This document shows, in pieces, positions 45,891 to 54,203 of a stretch of 64,000 bases of DNA (within the stretch, counting starts at the first letter, position 1; the number at the start of each line of letters is the position of its first letter). Origin of the DNA: Candidatus Protochlamydia sp. (GTDB taxonomy: Bacteria; Chlamydiota; Chlamydiia; Chlamydiales; Parachlamydiaceae); the NCBI GenBank assembly GCA_013695355.1, contig JACDAQ010000040.1, positions 2,146 through 66,145 on the forward strand, given 5' to 3'. Position numbers and translations under genes: made by a program. The notes beneath the pieces were generated by a model. The model searched no databases, was not told where the DNA came from, and saw only the letters and a list, made by a program, of their open reading frames with translations.

Positions 45891-47231
45891 TTATAACTCT
45901 TCCAATACCTTCCACAACTGTTTTGATAGGGAACCTTTTAATAAAACCACATCCGACGGCTTTAGCGCCTTTCTTAAACAGGCGACCAGCGCACCCCTAT
46001 CTGTGAAAAGCTCCGCTGTTTTGCCTGCTTCTTTCCATCGATCATAAATAGGTTGGCATTCCTCGCCAAGGCAGAACATTTTTTCCACATGGTTGAGGGC
46101 GAAATCACCGACACTTGCATGGCAACTTTCCGAAAACTTTCCAAGCTCCATCATGCTACCAAGCACGGCGACTTTACAACCTTTCCCTTTCGGTAAAGGT
46201 AGGCATTCCAAAGCAGCTTTAACGGAAATTTCAGAGGCATTGTACGAGTCATTTAAAAAGGTAATTCCATTTTTTTCTGCCAACTGCAGCCTCTTTTGAG
46301 GAAGTAGAAGTCGAGGCACCGCTTCGATCATTTCTTCCCAGGAAAGCTTGAAATACCTGCCTACTGCAGCTGCAGCCAGAAAGTTTTGAAGGTTATGCTT
46401 TCCTGGAATGGCAAAGCCCTTAATATCAAAATTTTTTTTCTCTAAAGATGAATAGATTTTTTTTGCTTGGTAATCAAGTTGATAATCGGCTTCATTTGAA
46501 AAGCTTGAAAATGAAAGTTTAGGGCACGACCCCATGGAAGCTACTTCAGAATAATTGGAAATGTCTCGATGCAGTAGGCCAAGTTGTGTCTTTGGATGGA
46601 GAAAAATTTCTCCTTTAGTCAATGCGATTTCTTCAATAGAATTGAAATTGCAGGCATGCACTAGGGCAGCTGTGGTCAGGACGGATACTTCAGGAGGGGC
46701 CATTTGAACGAGACGAGTCAACTCGCCCGGTTCGCTCATTCCCATTTCCAATATCAGGATTTCCTCATTGCCTTCAGTATTGTTTAATAGCGTCAAAGGA
46801 AGGCCTGCCTGTGAATTCAAATTGCCTACAGAGGCGGCGACGGCATAGCGCAAGGATAAAAGAGTTTTAATAAATTCTTTGGTGGTCGTTTTACCCACCG
46901 AGCCAGTTACAGCAACGATCCGGCTAGAGGTGCGTGCCAAGGATGCTTTGGCTAATTCTTGTAAAGCGGACAAAGGATCTGGAACACGCAAAAGCTCCAT
47001 CCCGTGATCAGCGCCTTCATAATTTATTTTGACCAAGGCAGCGGAAGCGCCCTTCTTTTTTGCCTCTGCTAAATAAGAATGCCCGTCGACTCTCTCCCCC
47101 TTGAGGGCGGCAAAAATTTGGTTAGGCTGAAGATGGCGCGTATCGACACTGAAACCTTGAATGATTTTATCATTTTTAGGATAAGGGCAATTTAACACTT
47201 CACTGATTTGGCGAAGAGAAAAAATTTTCAT
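45891..47231 (-). CDS. murF: UDP-MurNAc-tripeptide--D-alanyl-D-alanine ligase
   Basis: Mur ligase P-loop VTGSVGKTTTKE and DSYNAS block. The ATG at 47231 (MKIFSLRQISE) is preferred. The longer ORF to 47354 ends 3 nt short of the palindromic repeat. Confidence 0.85.
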   Translation of the reverse strand: MKIFSLRQISEVLNCPYPKNDKIIQGFSVDTRHLQPNQIFAALKGERVDGHSYLAEAKKKGASAALVKINYEGADHGMELLRVPDPLSALQELAKASLARTSSRIVAVTGSVGKTTTKEFIKTLLSLRYAVAASVGNLNSQAGLPLTLLNNTEGNEEILILEMGMSEPGELTRLVQMAPPEVSVLTTAALVHACNFNSIEEIALTKGEIFLHPKTQLGLLHRDISNYSEVASMGSCPKLSFSSFSNEADYQLDYQAKKIYSSLEKKNFDIKGFAIPGKHNLQNFLAAAAVGRYFKLSWEEMIEAVPRLLLPQKRLQLAEKNGITFLNDSYNASEISVKAALECLPLPKGKGCKVAVLGSMMELGKFSESCHASVGDFALNHVEKMFCLGEECQPIYDRWKEAGKTAELFTDRGALVACLRKALKPSDVVLLKGSLSKQLWKVLEEL

Positions 47232-47357
47232 TTTTTTACCATCTGAATTTGTAATGATGCGGAGTTTAAGCATTTCTCCTATTATTTTGAACAAAAGATT
47301 GAAAAGACCTTCATGAAGCGTGCAATGGCATTTTTTAACAATCTTTATTTGCATAAA

Positions 47358-47521
47358 AACCTGAGTTTTGGGTTTATCTCATTGAAAGTAAGGGATATCG
47401 TGCCTTAGATTTGTTCTTTCGCTCTGAAAAGAATATCAAATCGATATTCTTGAAGAGCGAAAGGGCGAAGATAGGGCACGAGATTCCCTTATTATGAGGA
47501 GAGAAACCCAAAACTCAGGTT
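47358..47521. repeat. 164-bp near-perfect palindromic element (MITE-like); full copy of the repeat also seen at 25409
   Basis: The left arm AACCTGAGTTTTGGGTTT...GAATATC and the reverse complement of the right arm GATATTC...AAACCCAAAACTCAGGTT match over ~80 bp with scattered mismatches. The centre is at 47438..47442. Confidence 0.8.
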
Positions 47522-47724
47522 AAAAAGGAATAATGAATAAATGGAATCCTATTTGCATAGGCGCTTGCTTAATAGTCTCTTTTAAGTTATTATTTGTTTT
47601 TCAACTGATACACTCCTAATGATCAATACTTTCTTTTAATTAATTCTCTTTGCTGATAGAACACTTCAAAACATTTTATTATTTTGCAGGCTTACGTCCT
47701 TAAAGCTCAAAACGAGGAGCAAAA

Positions 47725-48861
47725 ATGAAAAAAGAATTTAATTGGGGAACGGGACTATTTCTGATCATATATCAAACCCTTCTTCTGTTAGCGATGCCGT
47801 TCTATCTCTACTATGCTCCTCCAAGCTGGGGAATGGTGGCTGTATCGGTCGTTCTTTTATATTTGACAGGCTTAAGCATTACAGCTGGCTATCACAGGCT
47901 CTATGCACATAAAACTTACCGGACCAATCCGATTATTGAATCGATCCTTTTATTTTTCGCATCGATGGCCGGCCAGGGAAGCGCCCTGCGCTGGTCTTTT
48001 GACCACCGACTGCACCATGCCTATGTGGATACCGACAACGATCCTTATTCTATTAAAAAGGGATTTTGGTATGCCCACTTCCTTTGGCTTTTGGATAAAC
48101 CTAAAGCCATTGACCCTAAAATAGTTCCTGACCTAATGCGAAATCCCCGGGTCCAATTCCAGCACAAATATGATATCCTATTAATGGTCGTCACCAATGC
48201 CATTACATTTGCAGTAGTAGGATGGCTTTTAAATGACTATGTTGGTGCATTTTTTCTTGCCTGCTGGTTCCGCCTGTTCACTCTGCATCATTTTACCTGG
48301 TTCATCAATTCCCTGGCCCATACATGGGGAGATAAGCCGTTCTGCCAGGAACAGTCGGCAGTTAACAACTACATCATTTCATTTCTGACATTTGGAGAAG
48401 GATACCACAATTATCATCATACTTTCGCGAATGATTACCGCAATGGCATACGCTGGTATCATTTTGACCCGACCAAATGGTTGATCTGGACTTTGAATAA
48501 ATTCGGGCTAACCTCAGGTCTTAAACGCATGGACCCCTATACGATTAAAAAAAGAATGGTCCTTGAAAGGAAGCAGCTTTTACTTGAGCGCATGAGCGAC
48601 CTATGGTACGAAAAAAAAGAAGAGCTTGAGAAAAATGTTTTAGAATTGTCAGATCGGCTCGTTGAAAAATTTGCTGAATTCAACAAATTACGTGAAGATT
48701 ACCGCATTGTGCGAAAGGAAAAACAAAAAAACCGAAGAAAAGAGATCAAGCAGGAACTTGCCCAACTGAAAAAAAGCCTCAGAGCTGATTGGCGCTCATG
48801 GGTAAAACTGTCGCGTTATATTCTAAGGGTTAAAAATTCCAGAAATCTCACAATGACTTGA
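47725..48861 (+). CDS. Acyl-CoA/acyl-lipid delta-9-type fatty-acid desaturase with a Lys/Glu-rich C-terminal extension
   Basis: Three His boxes (HRLYAH, HRLHHAY, HNYHHTF) in a membrane protein. The last ~100 aa are charged and coiled-coil-like. Confidence 0.9.
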   Translation: MKKEFNWGTGLFLIIYQTLLLLAMPFYLYYAPPSWGMVAVSVVLLYLTGLSITAGYHRLYAHKTYRTNPIIESILLFFASMAGQGSALRWSFDHRLHHAYVDTDNDPYSIKKGFWYAHFLWLLDKPKAIDPKIVPDLMRNPRVQFQHKYDILLMVVTNAITFAVVGWLLNDYVGAFFLACWFRLFTLHHFTWFINSLAHTWGDKPFCQEQSAVNNYIISFLTFGEGYHNYHHTFANDYRNGIRWYHFDPTKWLIWTLNKFGLTSGLKRMDPYTIKKRMVLERKQLLLERMSDLWYEKKEELEKNVLELSDRLVEKFAEFNKLREDYRIVRKEKQKNRRKEIKQELAQLKKSLRADWRSWVKLSRYILRVKNSRNLTMT

Positions 48862-48994
48862 AATATAAATCATTGTCCCGCTTAAAGAACAGATGAAGGA
48901 TAAATTCCCTTCTCTGTTCGATTGTCAGCAGACTGCTCACCTTAAAAACTTTTCCGATCTTAAATTTGATAAAAGGAGAATTAGTAAACTCTTA

Positions 48995-49279
48995 TCAAGC
49001 ATCAAATTTAATTTTTTTAGGAGTACTTGCATAGCTTTGATTAAGCGAATTCCAAGATTCGATAAGCTTATTTCTGTTAAATTCTTTTGATAGAATTGAT
49101 CTAACTTTTCTCTCTTCGGTGTGCGGAAGATTCCCCTTAATTTTTTCACCGGTCACAATGTCAAAGACAGCCGAAGTGGCTCCATATTTGACAGACACAT
49201 GTTTATTATGGTGGGGCGCACCAATTTCATTGAACATGTAGAATATTAACGATCCAATTCTATAGGCTACTTCTGGCAT
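48995..49279 (-). CDS. DUF4160-family small protein (second copy)
   Basis: MPEVAYRIGSLIFYMFNEIGAPHHNKHVSVKYG... aligns along its length with the 13217..13513 product. Confidence 0.7.
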   Translation of the reverse strand: MPEVAYRIGSLIFYMFNEIGAPHHNKHVSVKYGATSAVFDIVTGEKIKGNLPHTEERKVRSILSKEFNRNKLIESWNSLNQSYASTPKKIKFDA

Positions 49280-49299
49280 TTTATTTTTCCTTCTGAATT

Positions 49300-49560
49300 T
49301 TAAGTAATGTTTAAAGACTTTTTTGTCTCATTCCAATAATCTAAAAACACATCCCTATTCTCTCTAATCATTGTTCTAGCATCCGAAAGTTCTTGCGGAT
49401 CAAGTTCATTACTTACAATTCCCGTTGTTTCAAAATCGAAAACACCTATTCTTCCTTTCTGGCTCAATACGCGGACTAAAAGCCTTGAGGGATCTACTTC
49501 TTCTACCATAAAATAGAGAAGCCCCCCCCAGTTTGCTAACTCTAGGGTCCATTTTTCCAT
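49300..49560 (-). CDS. Degenerate DUF4160-like partner protein (second copy)
   Basis: The ATG at 49560 has a strong RBS (GGAGGATTGTTTATG). It shares W.GL.Y..V.E..P.R, ET..I and MIR..R...LDYWNE.K with the 13526..13789 product. Confidence 0.55.
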   Translation of the reverse strand: MEKWTLELANWGGLLYFMVEEVDPSRLLVRVLSQKGRIGVFDFETTGIVSNELDPQELSDARTMIRENRDVFLDYWNETKKSLNIT

Positions 49561-49805
49561 AAACAATCCTCCAACATATGATATTTTTTTAGCATTTTGA
49601 TCCAAACTAATCATAATAAAGATCGCCTATGCATTTTACGTATTAAATTGTAATGCAGCCTATCTTAGAATTCAATTATTTTTTCTATTGTTGGTGAGAG
49701 CATTGGTTTCTCTACGCTAACTCCCGTACTTTGACGCAGTTTAAACTTTGAACCCTTGGATATAGCTTAACTTTACCCCCAATACAAAATAAAATGAAAT
49801 GTTCC

Positions 49806-49835
49806 TTGACTTAATGAATTGCTTTTGTGTATAAC
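49806..49835 (+). promoter_or_regulatory. Sigma-70-type promoter candidate for tRNA-Cys
   Basis: TTGACT-N18-TATAAC, with the -10 element ending 15 nt before the tRNA 5' end. Confidence 0.45.
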
Positions 49836-49850
49836 CCATTACTTATTGGT

Positions 49851-49922
49851 GGTGGCATAGCCAAGTGGTAAGGCAGAAGCCTGCAAAGCTTCCATCCCCC
49901 AGTTCGAATCTGGGTGCCACCT
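49851..49922 (+). tRNA. tRNA-Cys (anticodon GCA)
   Basis: Hand-folded cloverleaf. Acceptor GGTGGCA/TGCCACC. Anticodon stem GAAGC/GCTTC with loop CTGCAAA (GCA at 49883..49885). T arm CCCAG-TTCGAAT-CTGGG. The discriminator is U, as expected for tRNA-Cys. CCA is not encoded. Confidence 0.9.
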
Positions 49923-49944
49923 TTTTCTCTTTCAAAGCATACGC

Positions 49945-50763
49945 ATGTTATTTCTTGTTGCAACTCCCATTGGCAATCTTTTAGATATTACTTTTCGGGC
50001 CATTGAAACTTTAAAGGCCTGCGATTATATCTTATGCGAAGATACCAGGCACAGCATTCGCCTGCTCCATCACTATGACATTCACAAGCCCTTAAAAAGC
50101 TACCATAAATTTAATGAATCTTCTCTTTCAACTTCTATTTTAGAAGATTTACACTTAGGTAAGAACATTTGCCTTATCTCTGATGCAGGAACCCCAGGCA
50201 TATCGGATCCCGGAACATCCCTCGTTCAGCTTTGCATAGAAAATGGGCTGCCTGTCACCGCTATCCCGGGTCCGTGCGCTGCCATTCAAGCCCTAAGTTG
50301 CTCAGGACTTCCTACCGAACAGTTCCAATTTTTTGGATTTTTACCCAGAAAAGAGGGCAAACTTAAAGACGCCTTGCTTTCAATACTTGCTTACTCAGGC
50401 ACAACCATTTGCTATGAGGCACCCCATCGCTTAATTGAAACTCTAAAATTGCTAGAAAATATCCAACCCGAACGAGAACTTGTCGTTGCCAGAGAGTTGA
50501 CGAAAAAGTTTGAGGAAATCATTCGCGGCAAGCCCCATCTATTGATCAATCGTTGGCTCAATGAAGAACCCCGAGGCGAGTGCGTCCTTATTATATCCCC
50601 CGCCCCTCAAAAAGTCTCGGAATGGAATGACTGGAGTCCGGAAGAGCATGTCAAATGGGTTGAAGATGCCTACTCTCTCTCCCGAAAAGAAGCCATCAAA
50701 TTGGTTGCCGAGATGAGACAAGTTCCCAAAAAAAATATTTACAATCTATTCCATCGCGATTAA
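49945..50763 (+). CDS. rsmI: 16S rRNA (cytidine1402-2'-O)-methyltransferase
   Basis: Tetrapyrrole-methylase-fold N-terminus LFLVATPIGNLLDIT.RA...L...D.ILCEDTRHS and DAGTPGISDPG block. Confidence 0.9.
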   Translation: MLFLVATPIGNLLDITFRAIETLKACDYILCEDTRHSIRLLHHYDIHKPLKSYHKFNESSLSTSILEDLHLGKNICLISDAGTPGISDPGTSLVQLCIENGLPVTAIPGPCAAIQALSCSGLPTEQFQFFGFLPRKEGKLKDALLSILAYSGTTICYEAPHRLIETLKLLENIQPERELVVARELTKKFEEIIRGKPHLLINRWLNEEPRGECVLIISPAPQKVSEWNDWSPEEHVKWVEDAYSLSRKEAIKLVAEMRQVPKKNIYNLFHRD

Positions 50764-51047
50764 ATCTCTTCCCTCTCAGAACTATCAAAAATAAAACAAT
50801 TCAGAGACAATCAGAGCACTAGCCTTTCCCTAAATGAAGATATGAGGTATAATATAAGTTATCATTAACTTTAACTAAAGATTTAAGATGAAAGAAGTTC
50901 GCACCAAGCCTTTTGATCATATTCTTCACCCTTTTATTTTTATCTTAAAAGAGGGCACTGAAATTCAACAAGATTTTTTAGATTATTCTCTCCTTCTCTT
51001 GCAGGTTAGCCAGGCCGAAACTCTTCGTTCTCCGCAAAACGGAAAGC

Positions 51048-51074
51048 CTAGCACTCCAATTATTCAATTGCTAA
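51048..51074. promoter_or_regulatory. Degenerate CIRCE-like inverted repeat (possible HrcA operator)
   Basis: CTAGCACTC-N9-AATTGCTAA against the consensus TTAGCACTC-N9-GAGTGCTAA (15 of 18 positions). It lies upstream of the candidate -35, which is an atypical position. Confidence 0.3.
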
Positions 51075-51091
51075 AAAGATAAAAATCGCTC

Positions 51092-51120
51092 TTGCAAAAT
51101 TCCCTTTTTTCAACTATGAT
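51092..51120 (+). promoter_or_regulatory. Sigma-70-type promoter candidate for groEL paralogue
   Basis: TTGCAA-N17-TATGAT about 45 nt upstream of the ATG. AGGAG RBS at 51159..51163. Confidence 0.45.
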
Positions 51121-51167
51121 CATTTTTCTCATACGAGGATACGCTAGAATATTAACGAGGAGTCCAT

Positions 51168-52772
51168 ATGTCAACACCTAAAGAAATTATTTTTGAAGAG
51201 GAAGCCCGAGAGTTTCTATTTAAAGGAATCAAAAAATTAGCCGATATTGTTGCCTTCACACTTGGCCCCAAAGGGCGGAATGTTGGCCTGGAAAAAAGCT
51301 GGGGAGCTCCCACGATTACTAATGATGGAGCAAGCATTATCCGTGACATCCAACTTCCGGACAAATATGAAAATATGGGTGTTGCCATGGCAAAAGAAGT
51401 GGTACAGAAAATAAAGGAAAAATGCGGCGATGGAACGACGACAGGAACTTTATTGCTGAAGGCATTGGTCGAAGGCGGCCTAAAGAATATTTCCTCAGGT
51501 GCCAGTCCGATCGGCCTTAAGCGTGGGATGGATAAAGCTGTTGAAGCCATTGTTAAAGCCATTGAAAAGGCTTCCATTCCAGTCAAGACAAAGCAAGAAA
51601 CACGCAATGTCGCCATTGTTTCCGCTTCAGGCAATCAGGAAATCGGCGATCTCATCGCTGAAGCCATGGAGAAAGTCGGCAATTCAGGAGCTATTACAAT
51701 CGAAGAAGGAAAGACAACCGAAACAACGATTGAAGTAGTCAAAGGAATGAAATTCGACCGTGGCTATGTAAGCCCTTATCTCTGCACAAATCTTGAAAAA
51801 ATGATCATTGAGATGAACCATGCCCAAATTTTATTGGTGGATAAAAAAATCTCGAATATCCACGAACTTCTGCCTGTTTTGCAATCAATTGCCGCTTCTG
51901 GACAAGAATTGCTTATTATCGCGGAAGATATTGAAGGCGATGCTCTCTCAACTCTTGTCGTTAACAAGCTGCGTGGGACTTTAAAAGTTGCGGCTGTCAA
52001 AGCTCCAGGATTTGGCGATCGTCGCAAAGCAATGTTGCAAGATATTGCCGTCTTGACAGGCGCCACTGTTATATCTGAAGAACTAGGCATGTCCTTAAAG
52101 GAAATCCCCGCTTCTGCCATGGGTTCGGCCGAAAAAGTAACTGTCACAAAAGAAAATACCATCATTATCGATGGATCAGGTTCACCTGAAGAAATTACTT
52201 CAAGGATCAAGCAAATAGATGCTGAAATTGCGTTGAACAAAAGCTCCTATGACAAAGAAAAATTAGAAGAGCGTCGTGCGAAATTAAGCGGAGGAGTTGC
52301 AGTCATCCGGGTAGGCGCTGCGACTGAGACAGAAATGAAGCAAAAGAAGCAAATGTTCGACGACAGCCTAAATTCGACAAAAGCAGCCCTTGAAGAAGGG
52401 ATTGTACCAGGCGGTGGCGTTGCTCTCCTCTTTGCAAGTAGATCGCTTAGCGACCTGAAATTGGAAGGTGACGAAGCTATAGGCGCCAAAATCGTTATAC
52501 AGGCTTGCGAAGCTCCGCTTAAGCAGATTGCACACAATACTGGCTATGATGGAAGCGTCATTTTAAGCGATGTATTGAAAGCACCTACTAATTTTGGTTT
52601 TAATGCTATGACGGAAAAAGTTGAGGATTTAGTTGCCGCTGGAGTGATCGACCCGGCTAAAGTGGTGAAAAATACTCTTACTTACGCTTCTTCAACAGCC
52701 GGGATCGTACTTCTTTCCGAGGCACTAATCGCTGATGCGGATGAAGAAGACCTGGAAGAAGAAGAAGCTTAA
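51168..52772 (+). CDS. groEL: Chaperonin GroEL paralogue (no adjacent groES; acidic tail instead of a GGM tail)
   Basis: Cpn60 blocks TLGPKGRNV, GDGTTTGT, AVKAPGFGDRRKAML and VPGGGVAL. The C-terminus is DADEEDLEEEEA. There is no GroES-sized ORF upstream. Confidence 0.9.
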   Translation: MSTPKEIIFEEEAREFLFKGIKKLADIVAFTLGPKGRNVGLEKSWGAPTITNDGASIIRDIQLPDKYENMGVAMAKEVVQKIKEKCGDGTTTGTLLLKALVEGGLKNISSGASPIGLKRGMDKAVEAIVKAIEKASIPVKTKQETRNVAIVSASGNQEIGDLIAEAMEKVGNSGAITIEEGKTTETTIEVVKGMKFDRGYVSPYLCTNLEKMIIEMNHAQILLVDKKISNIHELLPVLQSIAASGQELLIIAEDIEGDALSTLVVNKLRGTLKVAAVKAPGFGDRRKAMLQDIAVLTGATVISEELGMSLKEIPASAMGSAEKVTVTKENTIIIDGSGSPEEITSRIKQIDAEIALNKSSYDKEKLEERRAKLSGGVAVIRVGAATETEMKQKKQMFDDSLNSTKAALEEGIVPGGGVALLFASRSLSDLKLEGDEAIGAKIVIQACEAPLKQIAHNTGYDGSVILSDVLKAPTNFGFNAMTEKVEDLVAAGVIDPAKVVKNTLTYASSTAGIVLLSEALIADADEEDLEEEEA

Positions 52773-52793
52773 TTTCAGTTTTTCTCCTCTAAT

Positions 52794-52855
52794 GCTCTCT
52801 GTGTTCTCTGTGGTATTATACAATTAACACCACAGAGACCACTGAGAGCACAGAG
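52794..52855. repeat. Inverted repeat / stem-loop just downstream of groEL
   Basis: A perfect 10-bp core TCTCTGTGGT (52805..52814) / ACCACAGAGA (52829..52838) with a 14-nt loop, extended by imperfect pairing. No U-tract follows. Confidence 0.4.
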
Positions 52856-52933
52856 TGATCTATAAAGTTGATAACAATTTTTACTTAATCGTCCTGTTTC
52901 CCCCGTAAATTTCAAAACATCCGAAGGTTTTGT

Positions 52934-54199
52934 TTGAAAACGAAATTCAAAGGAATTCTACTCTACCTTGCAATGATTAGTTTTGTTTTTGGATGGTGGA
53001 CGCTTGCCTTGCAAGCCCCCTCTGCTCCAACCAAAGCTGCTTCTCTTTCACACGCCATTGATCTGTCTATTAGTACCTCTGCGCTTATGGCTGAGCTAGG
53101 CCCGCTTCAACGCCAGCTTCTGCACGAAGCCTTAGCTGGCAATACCCATCTAATGATTGACTTCATCTCGCAATGGGATAAAGAAGCCGCCGCTCTCAGT
53201 AAAAGAGGCGTGGAAGGCATTCAGATGTTACCAAAAAATGATTATCTACAGGCCCATGCCATTGCGCAATTGATTCATACTTCCACTGCCGGACATTTAA
53301 ACCATCTCAACCGACAGTTTAGAATAAAAACAGTTTATGACGATGCTGGCAATCCCTTCCATCTTGAGCATTCATGCGAGTCTACTCGATTTTTCCCCCA
53401 AACCCACCTTACAGCAAGTTTTTTGCTAGCGATTGCCCCTCTCTGCGAAATCATTGCCCTGCCTGCTGGCCTAAGAACCCTACCCCAGCTCTACTCCCCT
53501 TTCCTTGTCAATCAAATCCCCGACTCTTCCGAGCGCTATGACAGTGAAAAGATCTTTGCAAAAAAACCCCATTTGGCTTTCACAGCCCATTACACCCATC
53601 CCTCCACCCTTGCCAGACTCCGCAAGCAGGGAATTCCCATTTTTACAATTGCACATATCGACACCCTGGCTGACATCCCGCAAGCCTTGCTTAAAATCGG
53701 CCATGCCGCTAATCATCCTCTCGAAGCCACCTTGCTCGCCCGCTTTATCGAAGCTTCTTTTATCGCCATTGACAATAGATTAAGGGCAACGCATCAATTA
53801 TGCTGTACAAACGTTAAGCCAAAAAAGCTGCTTTACTTATCCCATTCCAGCCATTATACAGTCCCAACAACCAGATCACTCACCGGACAACTTCTTCAAA
53901 GGGCCCTCTTCCACTTTCCAACCTTTACTTTTCCAATTAAAAATAGCACCACTCATTGGAGTTATCCTTTCGAAAAGGAAAATATCCATCAAAGCCAGGC
54001 CGATTGCGTGATCCTTTCAACCAAGCCAGGATTAAAGGACCTGCCATTTGATCTTGCAATTTTTCAGGACCTTCCTGCTTTTAAAAATAACTCTCTCTTA
54101 TGCCTGGATGAGAATGTGCAAACCTCCCCAACGCAATATATCGTTTTAGCCTACTTTGATCTTCATGTGGCATTTTTGAAATTGCCATTTTCAGGTTAA
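52934..54199 (+). CDS. Putative periplasmic substrate-binding protein of the iron-chelate/B12-type ABC importer, with an extra N-terminal domain
   Basis: Signal-anchor-like N-terminus. The C-terminal half resembles cluster-A (BtuF/FhuD-like) binding proteins (..IIALPAG...YDSEKIFAKKPHLAFT...RKQGIPIFTI). It is followed directly by the permease and ATPase genes. Confidence 0.55.
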   Translation: MKTKFKGILLYLAMISFVFGWWTLALQAPSAPTKAASLSHAIDLSISTSALMAELGPLQRQLLHEALAGNTHLMIDFISQWDKEAAALSKRGVEGIQMLPKNDYLQAHAIAQLIHTSTAGHLNHLNRQFRIKTVYDDAGNPFHLEHSCESTRFFPQTHLTASFLLAIAPLCEIIALPAGLRTLPQLYSPFLVNQIPDSSERYDSEKIFAKKPHLAFTAHYTHPSTLARLRKQGIPIFTIAHIDTLADIPQALLKIGHAANHPLEATLLARFIEASFIAIDNRLRATHQLCCTNVKPKKLLYLSHSSHYTVPTTRSLTGQLLQRALFHFPTFTFPIKNSTTHWSYPFEKENIHQSQADCVILSTKPGLKDLPFDLAIFQDLPAFKNNSLLCLDENVQTSPTQYIVLAYFDLHVAFLKLPFSG

Positions 54200-54203
54200 G
54201 CCG

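Noticed and set aside
48862..48994. Possible DUF2442 remnant downstream of the second DUF4160 gene (frame reading ...SPFIKFKIGKVFKVSSLLTIEQRREFILHLFFKRDNDLY)
   Set aside because: It has no start codon, only vague resemblance to DUF2442 strand patterns, and it runs into the desaturase stop. I mention it as a possibility in a finding but do not call it a feature. The track ORFs 48893..49090 and 48937..49149 were also rejected as overlapping noise.
50888..51082. 64-aa ORF upstream of groEL
   Set aside because: It has no RBS and no recognisable fold. It overlaps the CIRCE-like repeat and ends 10 nt before the candidate -35 element, so the region is more plausibly regulatory.
51152..52537. Antisense and alternative-frame ORFs within groEL (51152..51634, 51499..51738, 51776..52240, 52247..52537)
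   Set aside because: They overlap a strongly supported chaperonin gene, and their Ala/Ser/Pro-rich translations are typical of the reverse frame of a GC-richer gene.
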